Source of the DNA: Callorhinchus milii
Lineage: Eukaryota
Reading direction: 5' to 3'
Length of the DNA stretch: 64,000 nt
NCBI RefSeq assembly: GCF_018977255.1
Contig: NW_024704745.1
Coordinates: 61,938,001-62,002,000 of the forward strand
The notes under the pieces were generated by a model that ran no database searches, was not told the DNA's origin, and saw only the letters and a list, made by a program, of their open reading frames with translations. A program made the position numbers and the translations under genes. Positions 39,241 to 52,300 of this stretch are shown here, in pieces; within the stretch, counting starts at the first letter, position 1; each line of letters begins with the position of its first letter.

Positions 39241-39729
39241 TAATTCAAGCACTAAAGATCCAGGGAACTCAGTTCATTTCAAATCAAGCTGATTCCCATA
39301 CATCAATATCGATTTAGAGACACGATTTATGCCATTTCTCCACTAGCTCTCATCATAGACAATATCATATATTCTTAACTCCCCTAATACATTATATGGC
39401 ATCATTAATCAGAAGCACCTAACACTAACACATTTCCTTACTTGTATCTCTCACAAATGTCTGTCACCCATTTTTCAGGGACCAGTTCTAGCTCTTCTGT
39501 ATACTATACTCATGAATTCATGTAATTCCAAATTTAAAAAAAAGTACATCTTGTTAAGATACAGTGTAAATCTTGGCCTCTCAAATATGTTCATTATTAC
39601 CATTGGCAATGATCATATTATAGATAAATAGTTATTTTAAATTTTAAGACAATATATTGCATTTTACATTTATAAAGCAACTTTCGCATTGGGAGGACGT
39701 CTCAAAGCGCTTGTCAGTTCTGAATGGGC

Positions 39730-40035
39730 ACAGAAGGTTGTGGGTTTAAGCCCCACGTTGGGATTCAGAACTCAGTCTCGGCTGAAACTCCGAGAGATCA
39801 CTGCATTTCTGGAAGGATCGTCATTTGATAAAACAGGTCCCATCTGTCTATTCTGATGGATGTTATAAAACTCATGGTACTATTCGAAAAATTGGATCAT
39901 TCACTTCATGACTCTTTGCTACATTGCTGTGCACAAATTGGTCTCAGCATTTGCCTACACACTTTACAGTAAAATCCTAAGAAAAGATGTTTGGCATGTA
40001 CTCCTGAAGTGAAAGGTACTATATCAACTGCAAGG
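39730..40035 (+). mobile_element. Decayed DeuSINE
   Basis: gaaggttgtgggtttaagccccacgttggg head, partial core, ttgctgtgcacaaattgg and tail. Confidence 0.7.
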
Positions 40036-40635
40036 GGGAAAGTTACGAGAGGTAAAGATGATGTAGAAAATAGAAGATTTATTTTTTCCCCATAGAGCAG
40101 TCAGTAACATTTAATTTTTGCTTGTAGAATTACTCTTTAAAGGATTTTCTCCAAGTTTCCTAATTATAAGTTACAGCCTTGCAGAACAGTTGATGTCTTT
40201 AGTTGTCGTCGGGGTAGAATTTTCAACTATATGTTAATTATCATATCACAGAGCCCAATTTTCACCCCCATCTTTCTAATTCACTGTATTGAATAAACAA
40301 AAGCCCTGATTGTCCTTTTGTAATATGATTGGTATTTCAGCTTGTGACAAAAGCTATGTAACAGTTGCGGTTAAGTCTTGTGCCATATTTCATTTGTGCT
40401 GGCAGCAAACTGGTAGAATATTGGATGAACTTTCTTTGATGCCTACCTCAGTGCTATTGTAGTTCTCATCAAATTCATTTCAAGCAGGTTGAAATCTGCT
40501 GCTTGCCTTGGGGAGGTTTTTGTTTTCAAATGAAATCATTGTTGTAGAGTTCTTGGCATTGCTTTGTCAAGCCTCCTGAGTCTGCTTTCACTGAAAACTA
40601 TCTGTAGAATTCACATTCATCATTTTCCTTTGCAG

Positions 40636-40744
40636 TACAACAACGGTCAGACCAGCGGACCAAAGCGATTTGACCTCAACGTGATGCCAGCTTGGCAGAG
40701 ACACATAACTGGCTCGGGTGTAGTTGTGACAGTCGTAGATGATG
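40636..40744 (+). CDS. 109-bp exon of the proprotein convertase, containing the catalytic Asp motif (VVTVVDDG)
   Basis: Polypyrimidine acceptor ttttcctttgcag|40636 (phase 0) and donor G|gtgagt (phase 1). Translation YNNGQTSGPKRFDLNVMPAWQRHITGSGVVVTVVDD(G) matches the kexin-family pattern DLNV..AW...TG.GV.V.++DDG. Confidence 0.93.
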
Positions 40745-41602
40745 GTGAGTAAAATTCTCATTTTAAACTCAATAAAATCCGACCTTTTTCTTAAAGTCAG
40801 TAACAGGACACAGCTTCTGGATTGCAGCAGCACCTGCTGACATGAACACATCCATTCATAATAATCACTGGCCATTGCCCTTCAGTTTATAGGCCATAAC
40901 ATTTCAGTATTTGTCAAATGGTCTCAACGACCACCGGTCTGGTTCAGTCCCAAAAATAAACACTTGATATCATTGTCACTGCAGCAATAAATTATTATAA
41001 CAATCTTCTGAAACACACTTCATGATCAGCACTTCCATTCAGCCAAAGGCTGAATCTAAGGCTTTGGAAAATCAATTTTCATTTTGAAATCTAGAATATT
41101 TGGGAATTGCAATATTTCATGTTTTATCATACCTGCTAGACAAATATATAGTGGAAAGATATTTCTGTTCAAACATCTTGTATGTATTTTGTATGCTGTT
41201 TATTTCACTACCCTGCTCAGCCGTGTAATCCTATCCTTGTTGAATGCTCCCTGTGTCAATTAACTATCTGACTGAACCTTTCATAAAAAATGGAATGGAT
41301 TTATACGAAAACAAAAATAACAGATGTGCCAATCCCAAAACATGGAATGGAGCATATATTTTCACCATCACAAAATAATCATTGCTCAACTCATTTGATT
41401 CGCATAATAGTCCAGTTCTCCCATCAAAGTTCAAGGTCATCTCCACCATCTGCTTTTCCCCCAGATATATTTTTAATTTGTCAACCTGGTTCAGTTGGTC
41501 CCTGATGGTTAGGTTTAGGGTTAAGGTTATGAATTTGTCACTTCATGGCTGTTTGTGGGACACTGCTTTGTATCAAATGTAAGAATTATTTTATTATTTT
41601 GT

Positions 41603-41963
41603 GGAGTCCTGCAGCTTAGTGGTTAGAGCGCTCACTCCACAAGCGAGAGGACCTGGGTTTAATTCCCGGCAGGATGAAACAATGGACATGTTTACTTACT
41701 CAACACACCTCTGTTTACCTAGCAGCAAATAGGAAACCGGTTGTCAGTCGATTGGCAGATCGCTTTTCCAGGAATAATAATCCCTTCAAAAAATAATTAA
41801 AAATAAACAATAACAATAATTTGGTAACTCAATCCACGACTGTTTGTGGGACACTGCTGTGCGCAATTGACTGCCACATTTCGCCCACAAAACATATAGT
41901 ATGTTATGTGAAGCGCTTTGAGACGTCTAGAAGATTTGATAAGGCGCTACATCAAATGTTATT
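41603..41963 (+). mobile_element. Young tRNA-derived SINE (long subfamily)
   Basis: Head, central segment and body as in the 25959 copy, placed directly after an older SINE tail. Confidence 0.92.
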
Positions 41964-42289
41964 CTGAGACAACTATTAGGACACAAACATACACATCCCA
42001 TTATAAGTGCTCACCACCAAGAAGCAGTACATTTACTGACGAGGGGAAAATAATCCATGCTCTGCACTAAAAGGTCTTCAAATTTATCAACCAGAAAGGA
42101 TAATCTCCTCAATGTTGGTTTCTGAACCCATTGCACCATTCTACAGTCCCATGAAGGTAGGATCTGTGTCTTCATTGGTGTGAGGCACAGTAATGGTACA
42201 AGACTAAATTGTTTCCTATTGCACTGATCTACAAAGTCGCAAGAAGTTCAGATGAAGAATACCCTTCAGATCATTTGATCACATCCTTC

Positions 42290-42720
42290 CAGGATATCAA
42301 AGATATTCACCCTCCCAGCTTTCCATCATAAAATCAAGCTATTTTTAATGATTCCAGTGTCTTGGCTTTCCTAGTGACCTGTTTCAGTTATTATTTGCCC
42401 TCTGGGTAAGGAAATACTTCCTGGTATTTGTACTGAAATTGCCATTTCAAATCCTAAACATGTGTGCTTTTGTCTGCTGTTTCAATACATCTAAAAGTAT
42501 TGTTCTGAACTTACCTTCTCAGTCCTATTTAAAACCTTTTCCAACTCAAAAATGTCCTCTCTGAAACATGTCTTGATTTTTGAAAGCTGAAGAGCTCTAG
42601 CTTGTCTAATCGTTGCTCGTAGCTCATTCCTTTAACATTGAGGATCAAACTCTTTGCTCTCCTCTGCATCATTGGTCTTCATACTATGGACCAAATATTT
42701 ATATTTTGGGTTGACAGAGA
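42290..42720 (-). mobile_element. CR1 LINE 3' fragment
   Basis: The reverse complement includes ctacgagcaacgattagacaagctagagctcttcagctttc (YEQRLDKLELFS) and tatttccttacccagagg (YFLTQR). Confidence 0.75.
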
Positions 42721-44034
42721 AGAGTCCCCCACAGCACATCATGGCATATTATGTCTCTTTTAATGAACACTATTTGAAGGCTGCATTGTCAGCTTGATAT
42801 GATTGATTAGGAGGCAGATGCATTTCAATTTGCCAAAGAAAATGTACTGCATAAAGTGCATTGATTTACTTCACTGTTTTAACAGCTCAATTTTCTTTCC
42901 CCTGTACTTGCGAACTTATAAAATATTGGTAGTATATCAATTAACACTCTTTAAAGCTATTACTTCCATCTGCCTGGAAATTTAGAGGGTAAATATAAGT
43001 CTACAGTTGGTGTCATATTTAGCTTTAAATGCCTCAAGTTAAAAATTTCTGTCCATTGCTTAATTCTGGTCATCACTTACAGTCTGTTTAACAAAACATG
43101 CACTTACATATGACTGGAAATATACTACAAGCATCCCATGCATCTGCTTCCCCAAATTGATCTTCATAAATTTGAAGAATATGACTGTCAGCTTTGCAAA
43201 TCCACAAATAATAATATAAATCAAAACAGAAGATGGTCTCCTGCAATTTCCTTTTGGTCATAGAATAAGGCACCAGATGTCCTTGGCATGCTGAAGAAGC
43301 TTTTCATCTCCTTCAGATTCTTCCAATGTCATAAAAATAAATGTAGCTTCTTTTTTGGAATCTTATTATATAATGTTTAGGTTTCCCACTGACCTGTGAT
43401 GCCATCTGTGTAGCACTGATTCAGCTCCAGTGAAAGGCCTATTTATTCAGAGAAGGCAATGTTGTTTTAACAAGTGCACATGTGCCCAGAACCATGACTT
43501 GTTGGAGAATTGAGCACACAGGAACTGTGTCATTCTATAATATTAAGTTAGTCATTGAAATACATTATTCACTATCATAAAGTGGACTTTGCATTGGATT
43601 TTGTATGGTTTTTGTACATTCAAATATAAATGACACTCTTTGTTGCTTCTTAATTTTTTTTTCCCAACGCCATATCCAACCTTATAATCACTTACATCCC
43701 TGAGTCTTCTTTGTTAAAACCAAGACTCATCAAACAATCTCCTACTTCTATCTTTGCAAAACTCCTTCATCCTTCTCGAATAATCTGAGGTTTGTAAACC
43801 CGAGCTTGGCATTACCTAACCATTCCTTTTTTATTTATTTTGCTCTCATACTTATTTTGTTTCCATTTTGGGAGTGTTTAGCACTATGGTCTTGACCACT
43901 TATCTAGTTTCCTCAATTGATATTCACTGTTGTTGTGAAATTTCATTGGTTGGTCATGTTTTTGAGATCTTGCCATGTTCTTACAAGTGCCCTTTCTTCA
44001 TTACAAGTGCATTCTGCTGTAATATAGGCTAATG

Positions 44035-44485
44035 CTCCAACATAGTCCTTGGGGTTTGCTGCATTGTTGGAGGTGCCACCATTTGGATGAGACATTAAAC
44101 CAAGGGTCCCATCTTCCTGTTCAGATGGATGTTAAAGATTCCACAGCACTATTTGAAAAGAGATGGAAGTTTCTCCCAGAGTACTGGCCAACAATCCCAC
44201 AAATAAATCGATTTTGCCCACAAAATATAAACTCAATTCAGTTAATTATTTATAATACAGCATATTCTAGTAAGCTTTTTGAGCTTTTTGATTTTGAGAT
44301 AAGGCGCTATATCAAATGCAAGGATTATTATTATTATTCATTTCATGGAGGTTTGTGGGACATTGCTGTGCGCAGATTGGCTACTATATTTACCTACAAA
44401 ATACAGTCGCTGTATATGCTTTGAGACATCCTCCTGACATGAAAGCCCTTTTACCAAATGTAAGCATTATTATCATTATTATTAT
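44035..44485 (+). mobile_element. DeuSINE with an additional nested SINE 3' part (two tails)
   Basis: Deu core at ~44065-44200 and tails ending at ~44337 and ~44485. Confidence 0.8.
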
Positions 44486-45199
44486 GCCAGGTTCCATTAG
44501 AAATTAATTCAAGATACAGTAGTCTCAGTCACACTCTAACCACAAAAGAGACTGATGGGATATATTTCTGTTGACATCCTTGAGATATCTTTCATCACTG
44601 TGGAAAGTATCCAGAATCCAGTAATGTGAAGTGGATCTTGAGTCAGTGCATATATAAAAAGCGCAGGCAAAGGACATCTTTATTAATTATAGTTATCCTA
44701 GCATTTTGAACTTGAAGACATTTTCAATCTTCATCGGTCTCCACGTTATTATTAAAGCCATTCACGTAAATAGGAATTATCTTTGTACAAAAAGATTTCT
44801 ATTTGACAAATACTTAATTGTTTGGAAAGAGAGAGGAGCCACAGGTCATCTTTAGAGTGATGTGACAGGTGAGTGATCCAGTGACAGAAATATAGAAATT
44901 CCAACTTGGGTCTAAATATATTCTATTTATGTAGCATTTTGGAGCATCCCGAATCTGGAAAATTGTTGAAAGCACATTCACCCACAGAATATACATGCAT
45001 TCCACTTTACAGTATATACTGTGAAACATTTTGAGACATCCTCTTGATGTGAAAGGCATATTAAAATATAAGCATTATTATAATTCTTACAAATTTTAAC
45101 TTTCAAGCCTTTTTTTCTGTTTATTGAAACTTACCGAAATACAGCTTCAAAATTAAGGCTGTATTCAAGAATTTGCTCCTAGGTGTAACATAGTGTAGT

Positions 45200-45546
45200 G
45201 GAGTCCTGTAGTGTATTGTTTAGAGCACTCACAAGCGAGAGGACTGGATTCGATTCCTAGCAGGGCGAAACATTGGGCAAGATTGCTTACTCCTCACGCC
45301 TCTGTTTACCTCGCAGTGAAGAGGAACCTGGATGTTAATCGATTGGCGGAACACTTTTCAGGGGGTAATAATCCCTTTAAAAAAATTTGGTCAATCAATC
45401 CACTACTGCTGTTTGCAATTAGCTGCCGCGTTTTGTCCACATAATATACAGTTAATTCACTTTACAATATATTCTGTGAGGCGCTTTGAAACATCTCAAA
45501 GATGTGATAAGGCGCTATATCAAGTGCAAGGATTATTATTATTATA
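45200..45546 (+). mobile_element. Young tRNA-derived SINE (long subfamily)
   Basis: ggagtcctgtag head, cgcctctgtttacctcgcagtgaagaggaacc central segment and (TTA)n tail. Confidence 0.92.
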
Positions 45547-46109
45547 AATAGGGTAATTCTGAACCTGAGTGGAATTTCTCCCCATTTATATTTCATGATT
45601 TGTACTGTACATTTGCTAACAAATGAAAACGTTTTCCAAATGCTTTACTTATGACTTGTGTTTCTTTAAATATAATGACATAAGATCATTGCACTTCGAA
45701 ATGTGCAAAGTGGACAGTGCTGAGTAATGGGGTAAAGGATTTCAATTCATTTATGAATAATGAAGTTCTACTCCACATAGGAACAGGAGTAAACTATTCA
45801 ACCCATCAAGCCTTTTTGCCCATTTTAGTAGTTCATGGCTTTTCTTTATCTTTCTGATCTTATTTCCCCACCTTTTCTCCATATCCCTTTGTTTCCCATT
45901 TCTCTATTGTTTTCTTTAGCACCTCAATTGATGTATTTTTTGCCTTCTAGAACAGCGCATCCCGTATTCCACACCCCACTGTTCTGAAATTTGTGTGGTC
46001 TTATTTCCTAGTTTCAGTAACCATACAGTGTGGATTCCAGTACTATTCCCGCATTATCTTAAATAACTAATTGGTATTGTTTCTTAAACTGAATATTTTT
46101 GCAACATTG

Positions 46110-46645
46110 ATCAATTCTCCAACTACCTCCCTCCCTGGGCTACCAAGACCCTCATCCACAACTTTTTCATGTCCAGGCTTGATTATTTGAATGCTCTGCT
46201 TGCCAGATTCCCCAGTTCCTCCAAGCACAAGCTACAGACTATATCCACAAATCTGTTGACCACGTGCTCTTGCGCACCAGGCTCTATAAGCCTTTCACCC
46301 CTATCTTCATTCAAGTCCATTAACTCTCCATTTCCCAGTGGATCAAACCCAAATGCTTATCCTCACACTCAAATCCGTCATTGTGGCCTCCTGCAAACCA
46401 ACCATCCCACTTACTCCCTCTGCTCAACTAACCACAAGCTGCTTCACGTCTCACACCCAATCTGTCCTATCACTGAATGAGCTTTCATCTATTATGTCCC
46501 CACCCTCTGGAACTCCATCCTACAGTCCCTCTGCCTTGCTCCCTCCCTCTCCAGTTTGGGTGACTAGTCAGCTATGTGAGACACATTGCGATGCCCACAC
46601 AATGTAAAAGACACTATATAAAATGTAAATTGTAATTGCTGTTGT
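46110..46645 (+). mobile_element. Old L2 3' fragment
   Basis: Peptide TKTLIHNFFMSRLDYLNALLARFP..KHKLQ and tail ctatataaaatgtaaattgtaattgctgttgtt. Confidence 0.8.
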
Positions 46646-49600
46646 TTCATGTGAAAAATAAGTGATTAGCCAATTCGTATTGAATGGGTAAACTTCTTCT
46701 GATTGTCTATGCACATTTATCTTCCAGTATTTCAAAAACATTTTTGTTCTTTGGTCAGCTGGACATCCAACACATGCAGAAACCCACCGCCATGCTTAAA
46801 AGTCTCTAGACCAAACTATTGAGATTTCCACAAATGGAAGGTTTCCGTTTTAAAAGAAATAATAAGAGGGTTCTGAAGAAGCGTCAAGCCTAACAATGCA
46901 GCCCCTCTTTCTTACAGAGAAGCTGATTTTCCTGCTGTGAATTTCCAGCACCTCCTATTTTTATAATAATCGTTACATTTGGTATAGCGTCTTTTATGTC
47001 GAGAAGGCATCTCAAAGTGCTTCACTGGACATACTGCAAATTGGAGTCACTGTGTTTTGTGGGTGACACAGCAGCCAAATTGTACACAGCAGTCTCCCAC
47101 AGACAGGCCAATGACCAATTTAATCCTTACAATTTAATCCTAACATTTTATAATCCTTGCCTTTTATGCTGGAAAGACGTCTTAAAACACTTCACAGGAT
47201 TGTAGTGACCGACTGTGTATCTCTGTAGGCGAATGAAAGAAAGTTGCAGTCCTTGATCAAAGACACATTTCTTAAACATAATCAGCTCAACACCTTGGTT
47301 TGTGTGAAGCCAATTGAGTCTGTCCACAGTCATAGCCCAAACAATCTCTTTTTTTTGCAGCTTTACTTGTAATAACATCCATCATAGGGCCACACAGTGA
47401 GGTGTTGTTTAATTTGAATACTAAGAGGCACTTTAGGCCACAAAATGCTCTTTTTTCTTTCTCCTGTCTAACACAAAGGTGTAGCAGTGCTTTGGCAATT
47501 ATTGCAGCTGAGCGAAGATAATGACGACTTTTACGACATATACATAAGCATCTGAACACTGATGGGAAATCAGTCTTGTTGCAGTCGGTGCTCAGTGAAA
47601 TGACATACTTGCATCCAGCCTCTGATTTCAGGTCACCCACAAAACACACAGTCACTCCACTTTACAGTATATCCTGTGAATTGCTTTGAGACGTGCTCCT
47701 AATTGGAGAGGCGCTATACCAAATGTAAGGATGATATTCATGATGGGGTCTAAAATGCAGCTAATTTTGTTTTGGCCAGCTTGGTGTCTGACATATGCAG
47801 AAACCCATTATCATGCTTAAGAATATTCATACTAGATAGCATTCCACATATGTTTGCCACCTACACATGGAAATTTCTGTGTCTAGATTGGAAGGAGCAC
47901 TTTCTCTCTCTCTGGAGGGATGCGTCCTGCTTACCTAGTTCCACAGCATATTAATTACAATTTAGCAAGAGCCAAGGCTTGGGGACCCAAGAGTGTGTGT
48001 TGGTGGTACTGCTAGAGTTTAACCAGCTAAAACTGCATAGTTTGCCAATTCGAACACTTGTCTGGCAAGTTTCCTGCTGCTTGTCCAACCAAGATCACCC
48101 TGCCTGTTAGGGCTTTGGTGTGCAGAGTTAACAGGAGTCGAGTTACAAAAATGCCTGCCCCAGTTTGTCCCTCCATGCCCTGCTGGCTGGTCTGTCATCA
48201 GCAGTGGCTTGGAATACTGAGACCTGCCTGGAACTCGACCATTTAGATCGCCATAGAGTTGACTCCATTCCAACATCCTGTGACAAAGCAAATCCCACAA
48301 CTTTAGGCGCAAACTGAGAGCTTAATTTAATGTAATAAATTTGGTTTCTAAATATCACAAAATACTGTAAATTAATCCTTGCATTTGATACAGCGCCTTT
48401 CACATCTGGAAGAAGCCTCATAAAGGTTCACAGGATTTCACTGTAAAGTGCAGTGATGCTTTAACAGATATTCAAAGCAATAAAATAAGGTTGTTTCATT
48501 ATTATTTATTATTTTATTAAAATGCAAAACTCAGTTCAATCAAGCAGCAAAGGGAGAGAAGGTGAGAACATTGTACAGAGATTTAGAACCTTAGGAGGCA
48601 AAGAGAAAACAAGCAGCCAACATTGTTTGCTGCTGTGTGGATCTCTGGACTTTGTCAATGCTCGCTGCTCATGTGAGACCTTGAAATGAACAGCAGGCCT
48701 GATGGGAGATGGCAAGCAGGAAATAAACACCTGGAGAAATTGACTTCAGTGGTGCCCAAGCCCTTGATAAATCACACACTGGGAGTTTGGAGAACTCTCA
48801 CGTGGAAATCATCGTCTCTATCAAAGCCTGTGTAAAAATGAGCCCTCCTTTTGGATGGATGCCTGCAACTGCTCTTTAGAAACCATTAACTGAACATAAG
48901 TGGCAGATAGACATTGACTTCATTGCCAAAGCAAATACCAAGAGGAACTAGCTGATGTCTGTATTGCAGCTTCAATGGAAAGAGTCATACTTGTCATCTG
49001 AACAACAGGTTTTCTCTGACTCTACAGAGATGTTTACTGCAAACCAACATGCAGAGACATTATGGACTAAAATGCAACAATTGTAAACTGGATTTGACTC
49101 ACTAATGCCGACTTCTGGTTTGTGAGATTCACTAAACACCAAAGTTCAATTCCCTAAACCAGCAAAGTCTGGGGTTTTGCTTGTTGGTCATTTTTTGGAC
49201 TTTTGACAAATTGCAATGTGTCAGTTGTCACATTTGAGACCCATGCCCAAGTTACTTCCTAAGTTTCCTCTGCATTCTCTACTATAGGCATCCTGCATAC
49301 TGAATTGGAAGGGAGCGTAAACCACTGTATTTGAAACAGTTTGTAAATAAATCTGTACTTATTCAGTCAGGACCACCCTGCCTACCTATTAGAGTTTCGG
49401 CTTGCAGGATGCTAATTGTAATTAAGGTTCTGATGAGAGAGAGAGGAAAAATCCTCTGCGGATAAGTAATTGTATGAATAAGTGATTGTGATCTGTAAAT
49501 GAGAGGTTGGGCAAAACTAGCCATTTAAACCCATGGCATTGGCACGTAGAGAGAGCTGATAGATCTCAGTCATGACAAAGAGCAATATCTCTGCCAAGCC

Positions 49601-52149
49601 GGGTATATGAAGCCATGGAGCTGCAGTCAGTGGTCATATGGTTATTGTTTACTTGAGATTTGAAGATTAGTTTTTTTTATTACACTAATATTGGATCCTC
49701 TCTTCTTTCTTAAGACATCCTTCATAATATATGTAAGAGATATGGTTTTAATCTGATTTTTGAAATTTTCGAGTTTATTTAACTTCCTATCTATAATACA
49801 GAACAGATTCTGGCCGTTCAATTTAAACCAGACAGTGAAGAAGATTTGCTTATAAAGGTTACATTGCAGACTCCTATTCATATCACATTACATTATTCAA
49901 GGTGAGTATTCCACCACTATAAATATTGGTGCAACTGTAGTACCAATCACAAAATGCCTGTACCTCAAAGTCCTACATCAGTGTCACTTTTAGAAGCTTT
50001 TTATCAAATGTAAGGCTTTTACCATCTCCACCTGAGATCCACTATAAAAGAAAAATCTTTTTTTTAAAAAAATTGGCTATTAATAAACATCATAATGGAA
50101 AATACAATGGATTTAAAAAATTCAATGGTTCTTAACAGATTCCAAGTTATCAAATCTGCAACAAAACATTTGTCTCATTTTTCAACCCCTCCCCTCTCCC
50201 GTATAATGAATGTTAAATGCATTTAATACAGTTATTCAGATCTGTTCTGTTGATATTCAGAAACTACTTCAGCTTTCCTGTTATAGTTTGTAGTATTATC
50301 AACAGTTGAACTGCATTGCTTGCTATTATTCCTCATTGATTGATTAATGCATTTTAATCTCTGATAAAGGTGCAAGTATATTTGTATTTCCTTCTTTTAT
50401 TTCAATTTTTTTTGCTCATTTACGTTCCCCAACAAAATACGCAATCAGTGGACTTCACAGTAAATCCTAGGCAGGTCTTCGAGATGTCCTCCCGACTTAA
50501 AAGGCACTATATTAGGTGCAAGGATTATTATTATTATGATTTTTATTATTACTTAAACTCCTCACAACAAATGTGTGAAAAAATTAACTCTGATAATTGA
50601 GACAATTTCAAAGCTTACATTTCGGAGTATGTTCAAAACGTTTTTAACAATAATCTCTTCTTTGTACTAATTTTTCTGTTTGCCCATTAAAGACAAGAGA
50701 AAAGCTGTGTAGAGTCCTCAGCGTCTATTTTCTGTAGAACCTTATTAATGTTTTCAGGCATCACAAAATAGGCGAGTCTGTGTTTGACTGAGAAAGATGC
50801 AGCACAGTCCTGTTGCTGTTCATTAACAACTGAACTATCTCAATTAAAAAGAGAAACAGTCACCTGCATACTTGTCCTCAAACTCTTGTGTGCACCTACC
50901 TTCAATATATGAGCAGTACAAAGGGTAATAATAGATGTCTATATAAAGTAACCAGTGAAACTCTACATTAGGCAAATCTGTCATCCATTTCCATTTTTTG
51001 AAAAGAGAAGCATAATCAAAAGCCTAAATCACAAAGACTTGACAGTAAGATTCTGTTGCAAATGATTCCTGAGTCGCCAGCCTGGGGAGAGGCTGAAGAA
51101 GTTCCCAGCAGACCTGATTAATTCCAGTTTCTCCAGCTGCCAGGGGAGCAGAGGCTAAGCAGTTTCACAGAAAGGAGCCTATTACCGCTACCAGGCTGAA
51201 ATAGATCTAATCAACCAGCAGTAGCTCAAAAGGAAACTTTACAAGTTCAGCTCGCTGAGGCAGGGCTTTTAAAATGAGAGCTACAGAGAATCACACCAAT
51301 TCCAGCATATTTCAGGAAAAAATGATTGTTTATGCCATTGTGAGCTTGCGTTAATTTACTCAATGTGACATAATTTTGTATTAAAAGTCCCTAATTCTGT
51401 TTGTTTTCCTTCCAGTCATGTTGCTGTGTATTTGCTTTAGGCTTGTGGCCATTTAGACGGGAACACAGTAAGTCAGGAATTTTAGTTTTGAGGCTTATTG
51501 GTTAGCTTCTAACTAGCTCTGTCCTTCAATTTACACTAACATAGTTGTGTCATTTGTCCTGGAAACTACAAAATGCTGAAAGGTGCGATTTGACATGAGC
51601 CCAATATTACTGAGTGTCAGTGTACTCCCAGGACTGTTAAAATGAAGGAAGTCAGCAATAAACTTCACAATTCTTTTAGATCACTGTTTATTGTATTTTT
51701 ATATTCTTGTGAATTATTGTACCATCACCTACAAATGCACTGTCACTACACTTCACAGTAAAAATCCTGTGAAGCAGTTTCACAGTAAGAATTCTGTGAT
51801 GCGCTTTGAGATGTTTTAACAAAGTGATATAGTGTTATGCCAAAGGCAAGGATTATCATCATCATTTGCCATTTATGCACCAATCGCTCCAAAATAATCT
51901 ATTCATTAGTTGGTTTGAATGGGGTTTCCCATTATAAACATGTTGCAAAAAATCATAATTTTTAAGAAATGATGCATGTTAGAAATTTAGTGCTTAGTAA
52001 TAGTGCAGTATCTGATTAGCAGGTAAAGCGTTAATTACATTTTAATCATTACGTGATCCTCTTCCTCCATATTGTTCTCAAGATTTTTGATCTTAAGAAT
52101 CTTGAGAGATTACACTTTGTTTCTTTATTCCCTTTCAGTTTTCTGGCAG

Positions 52150-52300
52150 TTTTTACCCTATCTGAGGCCAATTGTAGCTTCACCCCCACAATCACCATGG
52201 CTGAGATAAGCTAACTCAATGCAGAGCAAGGAATTGAAATTGTCACCTTGTGCTCTGCTTGGCTCGCTTTCATACACCACCAGTGGCTCTACTGCGTAAG
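52150..52300 (-). mobile_element. Ancient SINE-like repeat (third family), 5' part
   Basis: Reverse complement gagttagcttatctcagcc..gctacaattggcctcag resembles 14080-14130. Confidence 0.5.

Noticed and set aside
44032-44424. 130-aa ORF and the many ORFs ending [12 protein letters not shown] or [11 protein letters not shown]
   Set aside because: They are translations of SINE bodies and (TTA)n tails.
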